A stretch of 64,000 nt of DNA from Lama guanicoe (lineage: Eukaryota): assembly GCA_013239625.1 (NCBI GenBank), contig MU054187.1, positions 15,888,941 through 15,952,940 on the forward strand, written 5' to 3'. Of this stretch, positions 26,929 through 40,129 are shown in pieces. The translations under genes and the position numbers were made by a program. A model generated the notes under the pieces. That model searched no databases. It was not told where the DNA came from and saw nothing but the letters and a program-made list of their open reading frames with translations. Within the stretch, counting starts at the first letter, position 1, and each line of letters begins with the position of its first letter.

Positions 26929-28999
26929 GGAAAATTATCCAACTTTTTTGTTCATTGACCATTGAATATTGCTTGTAAGCATAACTCTATTTCAAGACGT
27001 GGGTGCCACAACAGATATTTTGAAAAAGAAGTAAAGGAAGATTGCATTTTTGTTATCTTTTGTCATCTATCATTTCTGGTCCCAGATGTCTCATTCCCAT
27101 TTTGCCTTATCTATCCTGGCAGTACCATTCTTAAAAAAATTTAGTACCTTCCATAAGAATGAGTAAGGACCAGTACTTCTTGATAGACTGATTGTTATGC
27201 TTCAGTTTCCTCTAATGCTGGTAATGTCAGTTTAATAGATCATTTTTATATGCCCTCAAAGGAAGAAGGCAAGAAAGAGGATTTGTTAAAATAGGATGAG
27301 GTACAAGTTTTAGTGAAATAAATTTTTGGAGGGAAGCACATGTTAGATAAGCCTCTGAAGCTCAAAATTGAGTCATAAGCAAATGTAATTAATTTCAAGT
27401 TCTCTAAGGAGTTCAGCTCCAGATTCAAATAACTATAGCTCTATTTTTTTGAAGTTTGCACAGATTATTTATTTTTTTCCCCATAGGTAGGCAAAAATAA
27501 TTCTCCATTGTCCTACTGTGCTTAAATTAACATTTGGTGTTGGGAATAGATTGCAAAGAAAAAAAGGGTTGAGATAAGGGGAAAGAACTGTCCAATCTAA
27601 ATAATGTATCCATGAGTTTTATTAGCACATGAACTAACTATAAGTTTATATGAAAAAAGGTGATGAAGAATTTAATTTATTAGATTTTTAATAAATACAG
27701 TAACATTTTCTTTTTTCTCCTTACCTATGATTAAATAAGTTATTTGATAAGTATCAGTAAGACAGGAGCCTATGCATAATTTATTCAAAATAAACTAGGA
27801 CCATTATTTAGGATTTGTGCCAATAAAATGAATAAAACTTCAAGAACATAAAGTAGAGCATATGCATTTGAATTCTTGTTGTATTTTCCAAAATGGTCAC
27901 CTGGTCTCACAATGGAACATATTTTAAAAAGCTATAGAAATCTTCAGGGCCTTTGTGATTAAAAAAACACTTTTTTTTTTTGGTTTGGTGTAATCAGTGG
28001 TATTAAGCCTATAACCTTGGCAATATTAATTTTTTGAAACAGAAAAAATTCAGTGGGTCAAATTTTAATATTTCAGTGAAAAATTGTGAGAATATTCACC
28101 AAAAATTAGTTTAATCTCTTTTTTCTCATCATTATCATCTCATATAGGCTACTTTAAAGTTGTTCCACCCCTCATCACTCCTTAACATTAGTTTCCAAAT
28201 ATGTTTTTATAGCAATTATCATAAATTGCCATTATCATTTATATTTATTGATATTTTAGTTCACATATTTATTTATATGTTATTAACATCTTTGTAAGTT
28301 ATTGACACATTTAATTTCTATTTATCTTTGGTTGTGTGATGCACGAGGGCTGAAATCATGACTGTTATTTATCGCTGTACATGGTAGATGCTTAATAAAT
28401 ATTTGAGGATCAAGTCCACGCTGTGTTTTGGATCATGAGGAAAATGTATCTGGGAACTGATGTAATCAAATTTATATTTGAATATTATACTGATAGGAGG
28501 TAATTTACACCAAGAATTTAAAAAATCTTAATTTGTAATAAGATTGCATGAATCAATCAGATGGAGATGTAGATTCTATAATGCTTATTCAAACATGCCT
28601 TGTTATTTTATAGGTCTAGCTTAAGTAGGTATGAAAATAATTATTAAATAAAATCATCAAATGTAGTTTCTTGGATAATGAAAATATGTCTACAGATTAA
28701 ATATTCCTATAAATTAGTTAGCTTCATCCTGTCCACATCCTGCCAGCACAAGCATATTCTATACATTTGTAAGATAGTAGGGCAAGTATATCGATGTATC
28801 AGTTCACATACATAACTTTCATGGGAAGATATTCTAAAATTAATTTTCATTAATAGTCACTTGTTCATTAATTCAGCAAAGATGAATTAAGGATCTTTTC
28901 TATTTAGGCCTTGTATTTTCTTTATTCAAATGTTATAGTCACTAACACTCTCTATCTTCAAGGGACTCAAAATAGTGAACAGTGCAGATGAATAAAATG

Positions 29000-29520
29000 G
29001 TTAGTGCCTCTGAGTATATTGAATGCAACTGACTGAATTGCAGGACAAATAGATACGTCAGCAATTCTAGCTGAAGAGTTTAACATATCCCTTCCAGATA
29101 GTTAAAGCAACAAAATACAAATTAAGAAGCGTCTGAATAACACAGTTATAAAACTCTACACCCAGAATCCCAAGAACACATACTCTTTTCAAGTATTCTC
29201 AAAATTTTATCATATACTAGGGCAGAAAAGAAAACCCTTATTACATTTCAAAAAGAAAAAATCAACACCACAATATGTTCTCATCAAACTCAGTAAAACT
29301 GAAAACTGTTAATTAAAAGAAATTTGAAGAAGTCCTATGACTGGAAATAGGATAGTGTACTATAAAGTAATTGTTTTGTTAAAAAGGAAATCTCAGAAAA
29401 AATACATAATACTTAAAATTAAATGATCTTTAAGAGAGTATATGTCAACAATTGTGAGATGTAGCCAGAGCAGTATTTAAAGGGAAACTTTAAACTTGAA
29501 TGTATTTGTCACAAAATTTT
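29000..29520 (+). mobile_element. old L1 ORF2 endonuclease-region fragment
   Basis: 'aaaactctacacccagaatcccaagaacacatactcttttcaagt...catatactagggcagaaa...aattgtgagatgtagccagagcagtatttaaagggaaacttta'. Confidence 0.75.
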
Positions 29521-29969
29521 AGATTGCCTGTATTCTTTCCCATCTCAGTTAATGGCACTTGGATGTTTCCACTTGCTTGGCTATTTGCATTTTCCTTCTT
29601 CCATTGTATGTCATCTGTGGCACTTTTCTCTCTCTCATAGTCGACATTCAGTCATTCATCAAATCCTTCTAGCTTTGCCCCCACTCTGATCTAAGCCATT
29701 ATCCTGTCTCCTCTGCATTATTTCAGTAGTCACCTATCTAGCATTCTTCCTCTTTTCTTGCCTTTCATTTCATGTGCACCATATTATGCAAATAATCCTA
29801 TCCAAATTTAAGTCAGCCCATGGCAGTCCTGCATAAAACCCTTGAGTGGCTTCTACCAATCTTAAAGTAGAATAAAAATTCTTCACAATAACTTTAAGCT
29901 TCTGCATGCCTTTCCATTACCTCCTTACTTTTCCAAGCCCAACCGCTACCACTCTCCTCTCATTCATTC

Positions 29970-30544
29970 TGTTGTCAAACCCAGCTTTGTATGCCTAACT
30001 CACAGTGAGGCCAAACAAACCAAGATGCCAGAGTTTCAAGAGAAAAAAGGGTTTATTCTAAGGTCGAAGCAAGGAAAATGGGCAGCTCTTGCTCAAAAAG
30101 CCTGAATACCCTAATGGGTTTTATGGAAGAGTTTTTAAAGGCAAATTTGGGGGGAAGGTTGGTGGTGGTGTTCTGGGAATCCCAACAATCAGCCTTTTGG
30201 TTCCAACCAGTCTGGGGTCCACATGCTTGTGCTCAGCCTGAAGTTCCCGTCCTCCACTCGGGTGGGGGTACTAGCTCTTACAGAAGAACTTAGAGGTACG
30301 TATCAGATTACTACGTGTATCTCTTGAGGAGGAATCAGGACCCTGCCCCGTTGCTGCACTATTGTTTTTTGACCGCCTGTCTTTGTTTCTATATTATTAG
30401 TACAAATTAGTAAAGGTTTGAATCTGCCTTTCAGAACTCAGGGAAGGTCTAGGAGACTGAAACTTTTTTCTTTCAAACAAGAAATGGGGGACACATAAAA
30501 GCATTTGTACCTGGGAGGGCCCTACAGGATTTTGCTCAGTTTCA
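29970..30544 (-). mobile_element. ERV1-type solo LTR
   Basis: TG(29970)...CA(30544). Probable 4-bp TSD attc/gttc. Antisense polyA signal (tttatt at 30052). Confidence 0.85.
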
Positions 30545-30880
30545 GTTCCGCATTAATCACACTGGCCTTTCTGTTCCTCCAACTCGTTGGACACACTTCT
30601 CCTTCAGGTCTTTGCACTTGCTCTTCTCTATCTCTGGTATTTTCTTCCTCCAGATATTCAAAAGGTTTTCTCTTTTACCTTCTTCAGGCCTTTACTTTAG
30701 TGTCAAATTTTCAGTGAGGATTTTCCTAACCAACTGCAATTTCACAAATGTCTGATACTACCTAACCGCCTTCTTTGTGTTATTATTATTACTTTAGCAT
30801 TTATCACTATCTAACATCAGCTACATTTAGTTACCCATTCTGTTTACTATTTGCCTCATCCACTAAAATATAAGACTCAT

Positions 30881-31484
30881 TGTCAGAGCAGGCACATAAC
30901 TAGATATGAGTAGAGAAAGGGGGTCACAGGCCAAATGGCAGGAAATCATATCTCTTGTAAACAACAGGGGTCCTTGGGTGGATAAAGAAAAGCGGAAACT
31001 TCCAGACTGACAGGAAACCACACATTTTGGGATGACAAGGATTTAGAGGCAGACAAAGAAAGGTGGGAAAAGGCTGGAATCTTTGGCATCTGAATGTAAA
31101 CTTTTCCACAATATGATCTCATTGCAATAAAATTAGCCTTGCAAATAAGAAGTACCTATCATGCAACGACATTGTGACACTTCCAATCAAGACCAAATAA
31201 GGACAAAAATCCCTCCTCTCCTTGGCAAGGTGAAGCTGGGGTGAAAATCGAGAAATACACCCCTAAACCCCTCCCTCTCCAATGATTATTCAGTCCATTC
31301 ACTTTTACACCTATATAACCAGCTTGCCAAAGAAACTCAGAGCAGCTACTCACCCGAGTCAAGTCTGCTGTTCTCCCCATGAGAGCTTGCCATCACTTAA
31401 TAAATCCTCACTTTTTTTTCTCGACCTCTGCTCTCAACTCTGAATTCTTTCTGTGACAAGACAAGAACCTGCTCTCTGGTAACA
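30881..31484 (+). mobile_element. ERV1-type solo LTR
   Basis: TG...CA ends, probable TSD tcat/tcgt, CCAAT 31279, TATATAA 31312, AATAAA 31399. Confidence 0.88.
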
Positions 31485-32521
31485 TCGTGAGGGCAGATTT
31501 TGTATATTTTGTTCACTGCTGGCTCTCCAGCGCTTAGAACAGTGACCTGCAGTCAAAAAAAAAATATTTGTTGAATGAAAGAGGAGTAAATTAGAAGGGC
31601 AAAAACAGAGGCTTCAATTCAGAAAGGGCCTTTTTCTGTTCTAGAGGGTAACATCTTCACTGGGTGATTTATTTAGCTTGAACCTTTAGAACTGGACAAC
31701 ATGAGGAGCATTGGCCAGAACCCAGTCAGAAATAAGTATACATCAATAAACAGACAATTCAGCTGAATCTGATTTATGAGGTCAGAAATAATAAGCCTCC
31801 GAACTGTCAAGCTAAATCTAAGATTCCATTATGTCATTCAAAAAATTCACAACATACATAAGACATAGAGTATCTGTAAAGCTTCTTTCAATCCACAGGG
31901 TTGTTGATGACTTGAATTTTTCAAAACAATAAAAAGTGTTTTGCATTAAAAAGATTTGTTTTTCATAAGACCCTGGGGAGCCTTTTTGAAATATAAACAC
32001 AATCACTTTGCTAACCTTGCCAAATTCTTATTATATTGTAATTTTCTTATTTGTGTATACTTATCTAATATTCTTCAGTAACATCTGGCACTAGAAGAGC
32101 AAACATATTTGCTAGAATCCAAGTAGATAAAACTTATTTTAATTTGTCAGCAACCCATGGATAAAAAAGATTACTCTTTCCTTGAAGTACTAGAAAGTTT
32201 TAAGATGTTTTCACAGGGGCAGACCTCTATAGGCATTAGAAAGTCTCCTGCCTTGTCACTAGCCTCACCATGACTACAGATAGACAGTGCACACAAAAAT
32301 GAGGCCTTTAGTATTTTCTAACTATAACTCAAGTTATAAGACTTATTAGGCACCCAGAAAATGACTGATATTTTTGATAAGTTAAATATTATTTGGTAAA
32401 TGTTGAAGACTTCCTCATACTTATGACAGTAAAAACATGAACAGGACTAAATGTTGGAAACTTTTGCAATATTAAATTTATAATTATCTCTGTGAATATT
32501 CATAGATCTATTTAGCAAACA

Positions 32522-33039
32522 AAGGTCAGGCTAATACATGAAAACATGTAATTCAAAGTATAGGATAAAGTGTAAACATTTATATTTTTTAAATTGTTGA
32601 GGCTCCTATTAAGATATCTTCTCCAGGTAAGAAAAGACACCAAAAATATTTTCAGGTTTATCATCCCCTACACCAACTTAAAACTGGAAATTCTTATGAA
32701 CAAAAATGTTAATTATCTTATTAACTATTATGAAAATTTATTTGTATTCAAAACTATAATTTGGCAGAACTTCATCAAAAGAAGGTCAGGCTAATACATG
32801 AAAACATGTAATTCAAAGTACAGGATAAAGTGTAAACATTTATATTTTTTAAATTGTTAGGCTCCTATTAAGATATCTTCTCCAGTTAAGAAAAGACACC
32901 AAAAATATTTTCAGGTTTATCATCCCCTATACCAACTTAAAACTGGAAATTCTTATGAACAAAAATGTTAATTGTCTTATTAACTATCATGAAAATTTAT
33001 TTGTATTCAAAACTATAATTTGGCAGAACTTCATCAAAA
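32522..33039. repeat. direct tandem duplication, 260-bp period, two copies
   Basis: Copy 1 is 32522-32780 and copy 2 is 32782-33039. By eye they differ by 5 substitutions and 1 single-base indel. Confidence 0.97.
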
Positions 33040-33689
33040 CCAACAACAGTAGAGAAATCAGAGAAGACATTCTAAATACCCTTTCACATCAGTAAAATAT
33101 ATGTTAAAGAAATTAGGATAATTAATTTTGTTTCATTTTTCTCTTTATACAGAAAATGCAAAACAAAGTGTGTTTTTACATTTTAAGCTTATAAGTTATT
33201 ATTAATGTAATTGATTAGTGATTTATAATTTACACAGTATTTTTATAAACATTTCCCTCAGGCAATCTTTACACCCAATCCTGTTGTGAATGTTAAATCT
33301 ATTTTCCAGAGGCTGAAAGAGAGATATAGAAATTAAACAACAGATGCCAAATCATACATCAAGTAATGGGTGGAACAGCAACTCCACCCATAATTTTCCC
33401 ACTTAATCAACTGATCAATAAAAACACTCTTAGTGTCCAATTTGAGCCAGAGTTCATGCCAAGGTGTGGAGCTCTAAGGGTGAAGAGACAGCCATGGTTT
33501 ACCTTACAATGTAATTTACAGGTCAGCAGCCAAATCCCCCATTTTTCCTTTGTACTATTCTTCCCTATACTGATTACATTGAATCGCTCATGTTGGAGAA
33601 CCATTTTAGTCATGAAAAATAGAAAGTGATCCTCTTTAGTAGGCAAAAGATATTAAATTTTTATGAAAAAGGATATACTTCATTTCAAC

Positions 33690-34010
33690 AATTCTATTCA
33701 TCAAATATATCTATGAGTTGGCTTCTCACCTGGGTGCTGGGGAGGAGATGAATAAAACAAGAGCCTTTCATTAGAAACTAATGGGAAATACAGACAGAAT
33801 TAATTTGAGTGTTAAAAGAAAATACAAGTACTTTCCTATGGGAGGGTAGAGGACTATGAGTTTCTCATGTTTATGTCCTTGGCTCTTAGAAAGGTGCCAC
33901 GTAGTAATATTGTAACAAGGACTTGTGGAATTAAAGTAGCAACAACCTCTGCATAAGGGGTTAAGGAAGATCTTAAGGGGAAGGTGACATACAAACTGGT
34001 GTCAAAAATG
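33690..34010 (-). mobile_element. L2 3' fragment
   Basis: 'attcatcaaatatatctatgag...tgggtgctggggaggagatgaataaaaca' resembles the antisense L2 tail. Confidence 0.45.
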
Positions 34011-35524
34011 TAAAACATTAAAATGGAGTCTTATCTATATTTAAGACTAGTAAAAGTCAATCATTGGAGATAATTGGTTTATTTAACTTTAAAATGTCTC
34101 AAATCCTAAACTGCCCATAATCCAATAAACAATGCATGATTGATATTATCGCCTGAAAGCAATAAGGAAATGTCCATAAAACCTAGAAAGTGATTGATTT
34201 ATAATACAAAGTTTATGCCCATTATCCAGCAAGTGCATAGTTTTATATGTATTTAATTTTTATCAATTCTTGTGGTTAAATTCAATGATCATAGAGACCA
34301 TTTAAAGTATTTTCTAATATTTTAATTATCTCAGGGTCTGTCTCAAAATGGAAACAACTTTAAAATTCCTACTTTCAAGCTTTTTTTTTTTAAATAAGAA
34401 AACTCTGCACCTTAAGGGACACCATTTTGCTTGTGAGATCAAGGACTCTACAACTTTTTCATTGTTTTATATTCCTAGAATATTTCAGAGAAAATTTTTT
34501 TGTACTGATCCCCATATACAGGAGATACTTAGCAACTATGAAATTCAACATGACACAAAGTTGAGTAGAAGAAGGTTAGATTCAATTCTTCAGAAGAATT
34601 TATAAATAAAAGAAAATTAGTTCATTTGTTGGGTTTCGGCCAGGATTTAACTTCGAATACCATCAGCCTTAAAATGGTATGTTTCTGTTCCATTTATGAC
34701 TACTGCAAAATATTATTTTCCCCCAACTTGTTTTGTCCCCTTTGTGTTCAAACCTGTTAAAAGGAATGGGTTGATAAAGCTGTTCAATTTCAGCAAAGAT
34801 AATCTAGCTGTTTTAGATGAAGAAGCTAAGAAATAACTTGGGAAGAAACATCTACACATTTATCATACAATCGCGAGCACTCAGCATCTGACATTCCAGA
34901 GGCCTTGGTTCACACAGAATAAAGAAACTATCCAATCACAGGCTCACTCGTCTTCAGATCAAGGTGTTAATGGCATTTCTGTTGCCATCAGTGTTTTAAA
35001 AATCTTTATCAATAACCTTGATCATTGACCTGCAAAATTCATTACAAAAAATGGTTTCACTCACTTTTATCTCTCGCAACTATATTGTTGTTTGTATTTT
35101 TATTATTCCCACTATTTCTCTTATATAGGTATTTAGAAAGAGAGGATTTTATACATTGGTTAGAAAACGTGTACACTTTCCCCCCGTGTTTGGTTTTTGG
35201 ATTCTTAACTAGTATGATTAACTTTCTGGCTATATAATCATCAAAACAAAAGGCAGTCACACCCATACAAATAAAAATGTGTAGCTGAAGGACATGAGAG
35301 TACACTGCAGTACAGTATCTCTTAAAACTCATCCCAATACCGCATCATCTATATTGCTCCACATCCTTGCGTATGTAGCTGTAATCAGTTTCTTATACAA
35401 ATGACTAACAGAAACACAACATTTAGGATCTCCACTGTAGAACAAAATAGGTGGATTTTTCTCATTTCATAAGTACTTGGATGGTAAGTAAAAAATTATA
35501 CTCATATCTGTGACTTAAAACTAT

Positions 35525-35648
35525 CACTGGTCACTGGCTTTCCTTCCCAATTGAATTGTGAATTCTTGGAGGACATAGACTAGGATTTATTTATTCCCAA
35601 TATCTTGTACATTTGTTAAGATATCCTCAATAGATGTTGGATGAATTA
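35525..35648 (+). mobile_element. L2 3' tail
   Basis: 'gaattgtgaattcttggaggacatagac...cctcaatagatgttggatgaattaat'. Confidence 0.55.
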
Positions 35649-37240
35649 ATATCCCAGTTTTTTTTATCATTAAACTCTAATGCTCCTATATATTCTCACA
35701 ATATTATCTCCATGAAGAAGAGAGAAATATATGAGAACTGTTTTAATCTTCGCAATAAGAATTTCATCCTGCACCAGTTGGAACTACTGGAGTGTGAGAA
35801 ATTGATCACAGAATCCAAAGTAAGAATTTCAATCTTTTCAAACACATGTATCTGTTTATTGGGTTTGCAGATAATAGCTGAATGAATATTCCTCCTGGTT
35901 GTTGAAGGGGTCGTTTGGCATATGCATATAACTGTATACTTAAAAAAAATCTCGCCCATAGTCTGAAATTGACTTAGAAAGCTGTACCATAGTAGATGGT
36001 TATCAGTAAATCAGCTGATAATCTGAGATTTGATTTCAAAACATGAGAGGAGAAGTTGACTTTAAATCCCTTTGCTCAATAGCTAATTCGTAAGGCTATA
36101 TAATCTGGCTGTAGCAAGGAGTTGTTCCACAACAGAAAATCGTCAACAAAACCTAACAGCTGCTCCTCAGAAGATCATCAACTAGCCAACTTGACTCTCT
36201 CTTCTGCATAAGTGAAATGTTTCCTAAGATAATTTAGAACCAGCTTCTGTGACATATAGTTATTTTTCTACTAAAGTATCCCTGTCTGGTGTTGGTTTTA
36301 ACCTGGGGTGTCATTTTAAAAGAATGGAAGGGATATTGTTTGTAGAAGATTTAACAGAAGTAGCATTATACCCATTATCCATAGCTTTTAATCTGTCATG
36401 TTGAACTATGTTTATCATTTTCATAATGGTAATTTCATGTGGTTTAAGTTAATTAAAATTTTGTGTGGATTTGTTAAAGGTTGGGTAGTATATTTTTATT
36501 CATGGAGAAACATGAATTATACATATTTATTTTCAAATTCACATATTAATATGTAATTTGAGAACTAGTCTCAAAAAGATTCAGCCCTAAATTTTATATT
36601 TCAAATAAAAAAAATAGCTATTGATTTTATGACAATATAGCACTGCTGGAAAGACTTCAGCCCCTTCCTACTCTGGCTGCACTGTGTCTTCACATTCTTA
36701 CCTTCAAGCCAAGCTGCAGGGTTCCTTCATGTTATTGTAAGGCTCTGATGGGTGTGGTAAAACCTGAGTTAAAAAAGGATTTAGGATGCACAACCCAAAC
36801 TTCATCAGAATAATTCTATTTCAATAGAGATTTGAATTTTGAAGTAAAATTTTCTGTGAAAAAAAAAGGGGGTTCTGCCCCTTAGAAAATAGTAACAATA
36901 TAATGGATATTTTGGGTGATTTCTGGAGGTGAGCTTTCTAAAGGCTTTACACTCGTCTTTTCCAAAATCGTTGTATCTTGCACTGTTGTAAATTCTTAAG
37001 GAAAAAGAAATTGGGGAATTGGGGACAGTGGGGATTTCACATTGGATGGACTCTATTTTCCTGGTATCATCATTTATCATTTTGTCATCATACTCTCTGT
37101 TACTGTTGGTATAATTAACTCCAATCTCTTACAAGATCTGAAAATTATTATTGTATTGATCAATTAATCCTATTAAAAAGAGACATGAAACTTTTGTTCA
37201 CACCTCTCTGGTAGATCATTAGTAAGACCATTCATCCAAA

Positions 37241-37393
37241 CAGCTCTGTCCAATAAAAATATAATGTGAGACACATACAAATTTAAATTTCCAAATAGCC
37301 CTATTAAAAGACAGATACATTTAATTTTCATAATCTATTGTACTTAACTCAATAGATCCAAAATAGTATTATCACTTCAGGATGTAATCAATA
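37241..37393. mobile_element. MER33-like hAT-Charlie fragment
   Basis: 'cagctctgtccaataaaaatataatgtgagacacatacaaatttaaattt...aactcaatagatccaaaat'. Confidence 0.7.
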
Positions 37394-37427
37394 ATTGGGG
37401 TAAATACTTCATAATTTCTGATTTAAC

Positions 37428-37619
37428 TCTGTGTTACAATAAAACTTTAGAGATGGACTTTGAAATTTGATATTAATCTAATTGTCATATGTTAAAAATC
37501 TAATTCTTGTAGAAATTTTTTTCAATGATTTAACAACATAAAAATCATTCTTAGATTATAAGCCACAGAATAGTAGGCAGGTTAGATTCCACTTTTAGGC
37601 TCTAGTTTTCCAACTTCTG
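37428..37619. mobile_element. MER58B-like hAT-Charlie fragment
   Basis: 'aataaaactttagagatggactttgaaatttga...aaaaatcattcttag...tagttttccaacttctg'. Confidence 0.6.
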
Positions 37620-39559
37620 AGTTTGTACATTAGTGGAGCGGGTACATAATTCAAAATAGTTTTTAAAATCTATGCTGTCTTAATTTACTACCAATCAATA
37701 AAAATTGGGTTAGTATAAAAATCCAAGCTGCAGATAAAGTGGAAAATGTCATGAATTATCACTTGATTTTTGAAAAAAATGAAGAAGTGAATAAATTCCA
37801 TCAATATTTTGACATTATTCTGCAAAATCACAAGTGATGCTTGCAATTTCCTATGGTTCATTTCTATTAAAGGGTCAGCTAAATGATCCTGACATCTGGT
37901 ATCTTTTCACACAGTTTGTGGTGTAAGTTTTTATTTTCAAGAGAAAATACATTATATCTAGTTCTATTATTATAGTTGTTCATTTTGGAAAGTTGTAGGT
38001 GTGTACTTTGCTTCAAATATACTCATATTTTGCATCAAATGAACTCATTCTAGAAAAACTGTAACCCTTGTTAATGATTCTTAACTCATATAGCTCAGTA
38101 TTATCAATATTTACTAGGTACAGAAAATATGCAAAAATATTCCTAGGTAGAGATGTTAATATTGCATCATTCAGAAAAATTAAAAACATCTTCACTTTTT
38201 CATGACTCCCAAAATAAAGAAAAATTAATCAGTATCAAATTATGATACTATATAAATGAACCTCTTTGCACTCACTTATTTAGCTGTCCCTATCAATTCT
38301 CAGTCCAAACAAATGAAAGAAGTTAAACATTAAATCATAGTTTAATTTTAATTTTGAACTTCTAGAGCCAGATTTCTTTTTAAAGACTAAACTGCTTTAA
38401 AATAGTCATTAAAACATCATTTTTCTTTTAAACAACTATTTCTAGGATTTAAAAGAGTCTAATAAAACCCCATAGATTAATTAGTCATGACCTGAAGTCA
38501 TAATTTAAAATATTAGAATATTATGTTAATGTATTATTACATCAAAAACACATTTAACTGAAGTCTAAAAGAAATGGATTATGCTCTATTATTAGAACTT
38601 TGGAATAATATCTTCAAAGTCAATGCACAATGTGCCATTTTAAAATACTTTAAATGTCATTTTATCTTATTCTTGGGAAATTGAATATATGATTCATTTC
38701 TTCCTACCTTATGCTGTGCACCATTCACCTTTGTTACATACTTGTTTGGGGAAGAAATATTAAATCATTTTTCTTCTTCATTTATTTTCATTATCCTGCT
38801 TTATGTTGGGCGTTAGAGCTGATCTTGAATCTTCTAACTATATAGGTGGTTGTACTACGAGGTATTTTTTGAGTAAAGTTTAATTATTTCAAAACCCATC
38901 TCACACACTGCTTGACTTACCTGGGATTCTTTACATGCAAAACGCTGGAAATGCCTTAGGCTTCATGTTCTTCTTTTCTTTTGCCTTAGTGAAAAGGTGA
39001 AAGAGAAGACAAGCAGATCACAACATTTGATGGTGAAATGGGTGCTCTTTTTGTACAAAGGAGATCAGTTAGGAGATGAGTTATACAGATTGAGTCTTGG
39101 AGACTCTGTAGCTGCAAACAGACATGCTTAATATTGACTCATAGAAGTTCAGCAGTTTTATAGTGGAGATACTCTGCAAACTAAATGAAAGTGTTATCAG
39201 TTCTACTGAACACAAGATTCTTCCAGAAAGACACTTTAGTCTTAAGGCAGTAAGCAGAAATGGTATTAACATTGGTTAGACTTAGAGGAAAGAAATTGTG
39301 CTGCTTGAAACTGATCATTTTGCCAAAACCAATGGACAATAGAACGTTATGGCTTGAGACAGAATTTTTATAAGTAGTACAATTGAGCTAAAAAAAATTG
39401 TTTTAACAATTGATTGTTCTTTCTTTTGTTTCTCACTATTACAGAGATACTTTAAGATTAACACTACAGCTGTGGGGAAACCAAATACTTGGTAATTAAA
39501 AAAAAAAGAGCTTTAACGTTCAAGTTAATTATCAACTATAATGTTATTCATGGCATGCT

Positions 39560-40110
39560 AATCCTGTCATAAGTGAAAATAAGAAAAAATGATATATTAC
39601 AACCATCTTATATTAAGGCTGCCAGAGACTTATGGAGGCACAAAGGACAAAAGGAACACAATTCTGGAGAGCAGAGGATAGAGAAACTCTCAAAGTACAT
39701 CAGGGATCTTCAACTGTCTCTGGGGGAATTTGCCAATTCCGGGTACGAGCTACATAGAGACTGAGATTCTCTGAAAGGTTAAGATAGAGGGCCACCAACG
39801 AGGAGAAACCAGAAGAGGTTTTAGCCATCATACAGGGCTGAAGGATTTAAAAAAAAAAAAAAGAAAGAAAGAAAGAAAGAAAAGAAAAGAAAAAGAAAAG
39901 TTGGAGATGCAAGTAACATCATACAGATTGCTGTCCTAAAGAAATCCTAAGTTCTGAAAGTGTGTGAGTTAGGAAGCCAAAGCACTGAATCAAAAATTTC
40001 TGAAAAACAGTGTATTTCTCTCAGTCTTTCAGGATTGAAGAGGTAATTTCATACTAGACGTTCACTGTAAGACCTGGAGGGATATGTCCCAGGAATAGGG
40101 CAAACCAGTA
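39560..40110 (+). mobile_element. probable ancient L1 5' region with internal A/(GAAA) tract
   Basis: 'ggggaatttgccaattccgggt...gagaaaccagaagaggttttagcc' resembles old L1 5' UTRs. A14(GAAA)n tract at 39849-39900. Confidence 0.45.
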
Positions 40111-40129
40111 GTCTGCAATATGTCAAAAC

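Larger units (their letters stand above)
29525..31580 (+). mobile_element. L2 3' region split into three pieces by two solo LTRs
   Basis: L2 motifs at 29525-29969, 30549-30880 ('ggtctttgcacttgctc') and 31489-31580 ('gagggcagattttgt...gttcactgctg...aatatttgttgaatgaa'). Confidence 0.8.

Noticed and set aside
27464..27492. + strand tttttttccccatAG|GTAGGC acceptor/donor juxtaposition
   Set aside because: The donor is weak, and such motifs arise by chance in T-rich DNA.
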